Made by a program: the position numbers and the translations under genes
DNA from: Candidatus Leptovillus gracilis
GTDB lineage: Bacteria; Chloroflexota; Anaerolineae; Promineifilales; Promineifilaceae
Length of the DNA: 64,000 nucleotides
Direction: 5' to 3'
NCBI GenBank assembly: GCA_016716065.1
Contig: JADJXA010000025.1
Coordinates: forward strand, 292,863-356,862
The notes under the pieces: model-generated
The model's database searches: none
What the model saw: the letters and a program-made list of their open reading frames with translations, nothing else
What the model was told of the DNA's origin: nothing
In this document: positions 57,884 to 64,000 of the stretch, in pieces
Position numbering within the stretch: the stretch's first letter is position 1
Layout: each line of letters opens with the position of its first letter

Positions 57884-58783
57884 ATGGACTTCTACGTAAG
57901 TTGGTATCCCGGAGATCCCCTTTATCCCGTCTACGATCCAGATTGCGCCTTACTGGTGAGTATTACGTCGGTGGCTCAAGACTGGACAATTGATCGTCTG
58001 GCAACGCTTCCGCGCCGACTGCTGATAGATAGCGGTGGTTACCGCTTTGCGATTGCCCCTGACGATGCTTTATCACCCAAGCAAGTGCTACAAAGGCAAC
58101 TGGCGCTGCTGAACGGGGCGACAATTCCGACGATCATCTGCGCTCGTGATTATCCCCTACTCGACAAATCTATCAGCCCCAATGAGCGGGATAAAAGTAT
58201 TACCCAAACAATAGCCTTTGCTTATGAGCTAAAGACTCTTATTAACCAGAATGGACTGGAACACCACGTTACACCGATGGCCGTTATCCAGGGCAATGAT
58301 GAGGATTCATTGGCTTACTGTGCCAGAGAGTTGCAGGCTATCGGCTTTCCCTTGTACGGGATAGGTTCACTGGCGGAGTTACGAAAGCACAACCTGATTA
58401 TGGAACGAGTGAAGGTTGTGGCCAACATCATTGGCCCGGAGAAGCTGCACATCTTTGGTATCGGCGCAGTGCAAACAGCGCAGACTTTCCAGAAAATGGG
58501 TATCCACTCCCTTGATTCTTCACGACCGGCTAAAGCCGCCGCTTACAATGAGGTTCTTTACAGTAATCCCTATCGTCGTTTTGGGATTTTGGAACCTCCG
58601 TCAATTCCGCTAAAAGGTCGCATTGCGCCGCATAAACGATTAAGCGCTCCTTTGCACTGCCACTGCCCCATATGCCAGGAAGATGCAACACGGATATTGG
58701 GTGTCGGCAAGCGTAGCCATATCCGCGACCGGGCCTTGCACAACTATTACCATCTCAAAAAGGCTTTTCTTAGCCAAAACTAA
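57884..58783 (+). CDS. Short TGT-superfamily transglycosylase (second, phage-like DpdA-type paralog)
   Basis: LLIDSGGYRF (catalytic DSGG motif), AVIQGN, YGIGSLA, HIFGIGAV, LDSSRPAKAA and the zinc motif CHCPICQ...HNYYH. 299 aa. Confidence 0.7.
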   Translation: MDFYVSWYPGDPLYPVYDPDCALLVSITSVAQDWTIDRLATLPRRLLIDSGGYRFAIAPDDALSPKQVLQRQLALLNGATIPTIICARDYPLLDKSISPNERDKSITQTIAFAYELKTLINQNGLEHHVTPMAVIQGNDEDSLAYCARELQAIGFPLYGIGSLAELRKHNLIMERVKVVANIIGPEKLHIFGIGAVQTAQTFQKMGIHSLDSSRPAKAAAYNEVLYSNPYRRFGILEPPSIPLKGRIAPHKRLSAPLHCHCPICQEDATRILGVGKRSHIRDRALHNYYHLKKAFLSQN

Positions 58784-59003
58784 GTCCCTGCCATTCGTCC
58801 ATCTCACTGTTACTGCTATAATCAGTTTCATGCCGGTGGCAGAAAAGGGTTACACGACCCGTACCCGGCTTACCAAAACTGCGGTATTTTGTGCCCCGTT
58901 TCCTTTCTACCGCAACAAAGTCTTGGCTTGTCACAATGCCTGCTGCTGCTCCGGCAGTTGTCACGCAGTGGCAAGCGTCAGCACGACAAGGAAGTGAACA
59001 AAT

Positions 59004-59672
59004 ATGATAGATTCAGTCGTCATTGTCAGTGGGGGAATGGACAGCGTGACCCTGCTGCACTATTTGATCAAAATAGAAAAGCGTAACCCGGCGGTAATCA
59101 CCTTTGGTTACGGACAAAAACATGACAAGGAAATTGAGTACGCCAGGGCACAGGCAACCGCGCTTGGTTGCGAGAACCATCTGGTGCTAGATTTAGCGCT
59201 GCTGCGTCCGCTCTTTGCCAACTCGGCATTGGTATCACTGGAAACGGCCGTGCCCAACATCCAGGATGTTCTTGGCGATCCACAGCCACCAACCTATGTC
59301 CCTAACCGCAACATGATTTTCCTGGCTCTTGCTGCTGCTTTCGCTGAAACGCAAGACGTCAGCGATATTTTTTATGGCGCACAACGCCACGATGTATACG
59401 GATATTGGGATACGACTCCTCAATTCCTGGAGCAATTGAACCAGGTTTATAAACTCAATCGCCGAACGCCGGTGACAATCCTTGCTCCTTTCGTTCAGTA
59501 TTCCAAAGCAGATATTTTGCGTCAGGGTCTCGAAATGGGTGTGGATTACGGCCTCACCTGGTCTTGTTACGAAGGGCGCGAGATGGCTTGCGGCCAATGT
59601 CCCACTTGCGCCGAAAGACTCAAAGCCTTTGAGGAAATGGGCCTGATGGACCCCTTGCCTTATGCAGTATGA
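59004..59672 (+). CDS. queC: 7-cyano-7-deazaguanine (preQ0) synthase
   Basis: VVIVSGGMDSVTLL (PP-loop SGGxDS), FGYGQKHDKEIEYA, YVPNRNMIFL and the C-terminal zinc motif CGQCPTCAERLKAF. Confidence 0.9.
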   Translation: MIDSVVIVSGGMDSVTLLHYLIKIEKRNPAVITFGYGQKHDKEIEYARAQATALGCENHLVLDLALLRPLFANSALVSLETAVPNIQDVLGDPQPPTYVPNRNMIFLALAAAFAETQDVSDIFYGAQRHDVYGYWDTTPQFLEQLNQVYKLNRRTPVTILAPFVQYSKADILRQGLEMGVDYGLTWSCYEGREMACGQCPTCAERLKAFEEMGLMDPLPYAV

Positions 59673-59796
59673 TGGCGCGCCTTTTGGCAAGAGTGTCCCG
59701 ATTGTGATGTGCTTGATGATTGCCTGACAGCAGCAGTGATCTGGACACTCTCAACTTAGCGAAGCAAACCGAAACATAATTCTGAAGGAGAAAGGT

Positions 59797-60309
59797 ATGA
59801 TTTACGTTGTCATGTATCTGGTGGCGATTGTTCTGGCGAATTTGACGGTGGCCGCTTTTGGCCCCAACATGGTCATCATCAATGCTTTTCTGTTCATCGG
59901 GTTGGATCTGACAGCGCGAGACCGGCTACATGATGCCTGGCGGGGCAATCGTTTATTCGTGAAGATGGCTGCTTTAATCGCCGTCGGATCCCTACTGTCC
60001 TGGGTACTCAATCGTAACGCAGGACAGATTGCGCTGGCTTCATTCGTTGCTTTTGCCGCCGCCGCTACGGTAGACGCTGTCGTCTATCATGTGTTGGGCA
60101 AATACCCTCGTTGGTTGCGTATCAATGGCAGTAATATTCCCAGCGCTCTGGTTGATTCGTTGGTCTTTCCTACTTTGGCGTTTGGCGCTTTTCTGCCGTC
60201 TATTGTTTTGGGCCAGTTCATTGCCAAGGTGCTTGGAGGATTTGTATGGTCTCTGGTTTTTCGGTGGACAGAGCAGCGGACAATGGCTAAAGCCAAACAG
60301 CCAAGTTAA
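59797..60309 (+). CDS. yhhQ: VUT/YhhQ-family queuosine-precursor transporter
   Basis: A multi-TM 170-aa protein. ANLTVAAFGP, INAFLFIGLDLTARDRLHD and SALVDSLVFPTLAF match the DUF165/YhhQ pattern. Confidence 0.7.
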   Translation: MIYVVMYLVAIVLANLTVAAFGPNMVIINAFLFIGLDLTARDRLHDAWRGNRLFVKMAALIAVGSLLSWVLNRNAGQIALASFVAFAAAATVDAVVYHVLGKYPRWLRINGSNIPSALVDSLVFPTLAFGAFLPSIVLGQFIAKVLGGFVWSLVFRWTEQRTMAKAKQPS

Positions 60310-60417
60310 TATAACCAACAGGGCTTGAGGGCTGCAATCCATCATCTGCCTGTTTTCCTATCGCCAACGATGAAATAGCGTATCCTGGTAAACGGCCGTT
60401 TGTCTTCAACTCCTTTA

Positions 60418-60861
60418 CTAAACCGCCGATTTTGACCCGATGTACATCATAATTTGCTGCATCAGTTCCACCCAGGAAACTCCATTCACCGTCACTTTTG
60501 AAATCGGCCATAGGAAACGCGGCGCCCAGTGACGCCGGGAATGGGTCGGGATGTCAATGATGATGTGCAAAGCCCAGGCTCCAAGCACGCGACGTGGCAA
60601 ACGGCCGTTTCGCCAATAGATAAACCAGGCCACCAGGACGAGCAAAGGCAGGCTATGGAAGACGTGATGCCCTCCTTCCATCCAGGTAGGCGGATCCGGC
60701 CATTCTTGAGTTTTTAATGCCAATCCTAACTGACCCCGCCTTATTACCCAGGCGGGATACGTCAGGTAGAACGGCGCGTCGGGCAAGACACCAGCCAGGA
60801 GTACAATTGGCTCTCGCCCAAAAACTTTTGCGGTAACTATAAGGTGAGTCAAGGGATCCAT
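60418..60861 (-). CDS. Membrane-bound metal-dependent hydrolase (DUF457/YdjM-like)
   Basis: N-terminal MDPLTHLIV, later HHVFHSL and HIIIDIPTH histidine clusters, and hydrophobic segments. Confidence 0.65.
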   Translation of the reverse strand: MDPLTHLIVTAKVFGREPIVLLAGVLPDAPFYLTYPAWVIRRGQLGLALKTQEWPDPPTWMEGGHHVFHSLPLLVLVAWFIYWRNGRLPRRVLGAWALHIIIDIPTHSRRHWAPRFLWPISKVTVNGVSWVELMQQIMMYIGSKSAV

Positions 60862-61116
60862 GACTGCCTTTTTCCATTTGTCTCGTTGTCGCCAAGCGGT
60901 ACGTCAGCGTCTGGTCGGGCCAAACAATCCGCCTGGTGTGCTTTCGTCCATAAACCGGGCGGAGTGAAGGTCGTTTCATTCTGCCCGGAAAAGGGCAACG
61001 GCCGTTTCCATCCTTTCATAGGTGTAACCATGGGCTCCCAATCCAAACAAAGTTGGTGGAACGTGCTACCGCGCGAGAAGAGGGCGGGCGCGTTTGCAGC
61101 AAACGACCCCTACCGG

Positions 61117-64000
61117 TCACCCGCCGGGAACACTGGTCAGTGGCCTTGATGAGATGGCCACCACCACCCGAAAACCGAGATAGGCGGCTCGGAGGTCTGG
61201 GTTAAGGTTGTAGCGGAAGGCCGCGCGCGCGAGGTCCGGGCCGCGGTGCCACGAACCGCCGCGCAACACGCGGGAGTCCCGGCTTTGGTCTACGCCATCC
61301 GCTTCCGGTTCGCCATATTTGTTCCGACACCATTCCCATACATTGCCGCTCAGGTCATATAGTTCCAACGCCTCATTTTTACCGGATGGATACAAGCCAA
61401 CGGCCGTTGGCTGCCCAATCCTCCCCTCGTCTATGTTCGCCCAGTCTGTGTTAAAGCGGCTGCCCCAGGGGTAAAAACGGCCGTCAGGATACCTTGCCGC
61501 CGCTTCCCACTCAAACTCATGCGGCAGACGAATGTCCATCTCTAGCTTATCGCTCAGCCAGCGGCAAAAGGCCACCGCCTGATACCAGCTTACCGTCTCG
61601 CGGGGATGATTGGCGTAAGGAAATTCGGGTTCAGAAAACTGTCGTTCGTCATCGGGCATACCATCCCACCACTTCGGTTCATCCCGGTCGGGCGCATCCA
61701 CAAAGCATTTAAACTGGGCGTTGGTGATGGGATAACGCGCCAAACAAATATCATGCGGGATGGTCACTTGCTGCTGTGTAAGGCTCACATAAGCCTCTTC
61801 GTCCCCTCCGATTGTGTAGCGCCCGGCTTCCAGCCAATTTCCCCAGGCAATGTCCGGTAGCTTTACCTCGCCGCGCTCCACCACGCCTACACCGGGGCGG
61901 GTATCTTCAAGCCAGCGCCCCAAGGCGTGGCCGGCTTGGGCCCGATGCGCTGGTTTCAGGCTGCTTTCGGCCACCAACGCCGCCTCCAGCCAAGCACGCC
62001 CGCCCGCTTCCACCAGCACAAAAGGATGTTCCACCTCCTTGCCACGCACAAAACGCATGAAGTTGGTTTCATGAATGGTCTGCGCCGCCAGAACAGCGCA
62101 AAACAACTGCCATTCGGACACATCCGACCGCGGCTGCCCGGCCGTCAGCCGCTCCACCAGCGATTTCACCCGGTAAGCGTCGGCGCGTGCCTGCCCCGCC
62201 GCCAGCAAGAAAATTTCCCGCCACCAGGCGGTATCACGCTGTAACCGCCTGTACAGCCCCTCCACCGGGTCATCTGGCAGCGACCAGACGTGGGCCGCCG
62301 CCAGATACTCCTGAAACGTGCGGTGAGGGAAGACGTAGGTGAAATGCTCTCTGGCTTGCAGCAGCCCAGATCGCTGTTGGATGTAGTCCGTCACTTCTTT
62401 GGCCCGGTCGTAGCTGCCCACCAAGGGCAGCAATCCCTCCCACAATTCGTCACGGCCAATGTCGGCGGCCTGTTCATCCCGGTTGCGCTGCCCTTCCTGC
62501 CGCTCGTGGGCGGCGAAGGCGATCGCTTCCAACACGCTGCGCACCTCTTCCCGCCGCAAATCCAGGCGGGCGATGATGCCGGGTTCCACCTGCCGCGAAC
62601 CATCCGGTCGCCGCACCAGTCGGTTTTCCCAATGGGAAAGGAGCAGATTGATGGCCCGGTCGTACAGGTCGGCGCGGTTTTCCGGCAGGTCTCCATATCG
62701 GCCATGTACTTGGGCCATCAGGGTGAGCAGCAGCGGGTATTGACCCAATTCGCGCAAATGGGGCTTCGCCAGCACCGCGTCGGCCAGCCGTTTCGCCTCT
62801 TGCGCCTGCTGCGGCAAGTCCCACTTCTGGCGCGGGCCGGTGACGCGATACCACGTTTCCGTAAACTGCCGGATTTGCCCCTCCTTGAACAAGGCCAGGT
62901 CAATCACCGGAAATTGTGCTTCTGGCAGCCGCCAGGCGTCGTCTTTTTTGTAGGCATACTCGCGGCAGGTCACGATGACCTTGCAGGTGTCCAGCGGCCC
63001 GGCGAAGTCGGCGATGGTTTGTTTGATCAGGCTGCGACGGCCGTCTACCACGCTCTCCGGCACTTCATCCAGGCCATCAAAGAAGATGACGCCACCATCC
63101 GCCAGCAGTTTTTCTTTGACAGAACTGTACGCCTCCCGGCAGCCCCAATCGGGGAAGAGCTTTTCTTCCAGGTAGCGCCAGACCAGCCCGGCTTTGGTGT
63201 CGGGCTGGTTGTCGCCTACAGTGTCGGCCAGCCAGGCGGCAAAGCGGCGCAGGACGATGCGCACCGGCAGCAGCGGCGTCTCCGGCCAATCCGGCAGAGC
63301 GGTGGGGCCACCGGCAAGGCGCTGCCGCGCCAGGGTGGTTGCCAGGTAGTTGACCAGGGTGCTTTTGCCGCCGCCGGGATAGCCGAGGATGACAACTCGT
63401 GGCAAAGCGCCGGTGACGGAAACGGCCGTGAGAGGCTGTGTCTCTTTTTCTTCTTTGGGGGAACGGCCGTGCGCTGTCTCGTCGGGGAATCTTCGCAGCG
63501 CCTCGGCCACCGTCTGGCCGGGCGCGCGCCGGATCACCTGCGTCCCCCACGCCGCGTACAGGGTGGTGAACACATCGGTCAGCCGCACCTCGCCGCCCTC
63601 GTCATCCAGGAAACGCTCATCCACTTCCGCCAGGTCCAGCCGGTTGCACTGGTCAATCAGGGTTTTCAGATAAGCCGTCTCCCAGGTCTGCTTTTCGGCG
63701 CGGCCGCCCCACTGAAACACGGTTTGCTGCTGGATGATCTGCGGCCCGCTGACCACATTTTCGGCCACGATCCGGCCGGCCTGGATGCCTACGTGTTGGC
63801 CGGGTGAGGCTTGCAGCGCTGCCACCATTTGCCGCATCAAGACCACCATCTGCTGCTGCAAAGCGGTTTGCGCCCAGCCTTGATGCACCTGGATGATGGG
63901 TTGCAGCGCGGTTTCAGCCGCGGCCGTTTCCAGAAAGGCGGCTTCAAAGGCGGCCACCGCTTCGGGGAAGCGCAGGCCGGGCAGCGTCTCCGGGTCGTAG
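61117..64000 (-). CDS. STAND NTPase: NACHT domain fused to a C-terminal FGE/SUMF1 domain. The N-terminus probably lies beyond the window.
   Basis: Walker A VVILGYPGGGKSTLVNYL and Walker B VIFFDGLDEV. The C-terminus carries YPITNAQFKCFVD, TVSWYQAVAFCRWL, RLPHEFEWEAAAR, GNVWEWCRNKY and LRGGSWH. The frame is open upstream of the GTG at 63957 to the window edge. Confidence 0.85.
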   Translation of the reverse strand, partial: YDPETLPGLRFPEAVAAFEAAFLETAAAETALQPIIQVHQGWAQTALQQQMVVLMRQMVAALQASPGQHVGIQAGRIVAENVVSGPQIIQQQTVFQWGGRAEKQTWETAYLKTLIDQCNRLDLAEVDERFLDDEGGEVRLTDVFTTLYAAWGTQVIRRAPGQTVAEALRRFPDETAHGRSPKEEKETQPLTAVSVTGALPRVVILGYPGGGKSTLVNYLATTLARQRLAGGPTALPDWPETPLLPVRIVLRRFAAWLADTVGDNQPDTKAGLVWRYLEEKLFPDWGCREAYSSVKEKLLADGGVIFFDGLDEVPESVVDGRRSLIKQTIADFAGPLDTCKVIVTCREYAYKKDDAWRLPEAQFPVIDLALFKEGQIRQFTETWYRVTGPRQKWDLPQQAQEAKRLADAVLAKPHLRELGQYPLLLTLMAQVHGRYGDLPENRADLYDRAINLLLSHWENRLVRRPDGSRQVEPGIIARLDLRREEVRSVLEAIAFAAHERQEGQRNRDEQAADIGRDELWEGLLPLVGSYDRAKEVTDYIQQRSGLLQAREHFTYVFPHRTFQEYLAAAHVWSLPDDPVEGLYRRLQRDTAWWREIFLLAAGQARADAYRVKSLVERLTAGQPRSDVSEWQLFCAVLAAQTIHETNFMRFVRGKEVEHPFVLVEAGGRAWLEAALVAESSLKPAHRAQAGHALGRWLEDTRPGVGVVERGEVKLPDIAWGNWLEAGRYTIGGDEEAYVSLTQQQVTIPHDICLARYPITNAQFKCFVDAPDRDEPKWWDGMPDDERQFSEPEFPYANHPRETVSWYQAVAFCRWLSDKLEMDIRLPHEFEWEAAARYPDGRFYPWGSRFNTDWANIDEGRIGQPTAVGLYPSGKNEALELYDLSGNVWEWCRNKYGEPEADGVDQSRDSRVLRGGSWHRGPDLARAAFRYNLNPDLRAAYLGFRVVVAISSRPLTSVPGG

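Noticed and set aside
58881-58926. Canonical preQ1-I riboswitch upstream of queC
   Set aside because: The hairpin plus A-rich tail is suggestive. However, the loop is 21 nt against about 10-12 nt in known class I aptamers, and the conserved loop and tail nucleotides are not evident. It is kept only as a low-confidence leader finding.
1-64000. tRNA/tmRNA integration site and tyrosine/serine integrase for the mobile modules
   Set aside because: I found no cloverleaf-like sequence and no integrase-like ORF in the window. Element boundaries therefore cannot be set from this sequence alone.

Overview
High-GC (about 60-68%) bacterial DNA carrying three accessory blocks. I cannot name the organism; the repeat biology looks like filamentous Chloroflexi or cyanobacteria. 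(i) About 11.5-24.5 kb is a plasmid/ICE-like module. It holds an antirepressor, a parS-like operator with ParA and an RHH centromere-binding protein, a Rep-like HTH protein beside dense TTACGACA iteron arrays, an FtsK/SpoIIIE (TraB-like) translocase operon, an excisionase-like HTH and small antitoxin-like genes. A diverged paralog of the Rep-like gene sits at the window start. (ii) 24.6-32.3 kb is a type I R-M locus (hsdM-hsdS ... hsdR). It is interrupted by a membrane protein with an adaptor-like N-terminus, an hsdR 5' fragment and a decayed PIN/antitoxin pair. (iii) 32.4-60.3 kb is a lower-GC island (about 45-50%) that I read as a non-canonical Dpd-type 7-deazaguanine DNA modification/restriction system. 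It contains XRE, a long DpdA-type transglycosylase, then a translationally coupled SNF2 helicase, RecQ-like helicase, three unknowns, a 1531-aa DEAD/DUF1998-like helicase, a PLD nuclease and an extra Swt1-like HEPN protein. A convergent wHTH / P-loop ATPase / small acidic protein operon follows, then a second short TGT-like gene with queC and a YhhQ-type transporter. No dpdB, dpdC or dpdD is recognisable. The window ends in a NACHT-FGE STAND NTPase. Also present are a NarL-type two-component system, secreted proteins and candidate sRNAs. The 8-bp palindrome ACGGCCGT is strongly over-represented (roughly 80-90 copies by eye) in genes, in all reading frames, and in spacers, including the foreign-looking island. 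No rRNA, tRNA, CRISPR array or integrase was seen.
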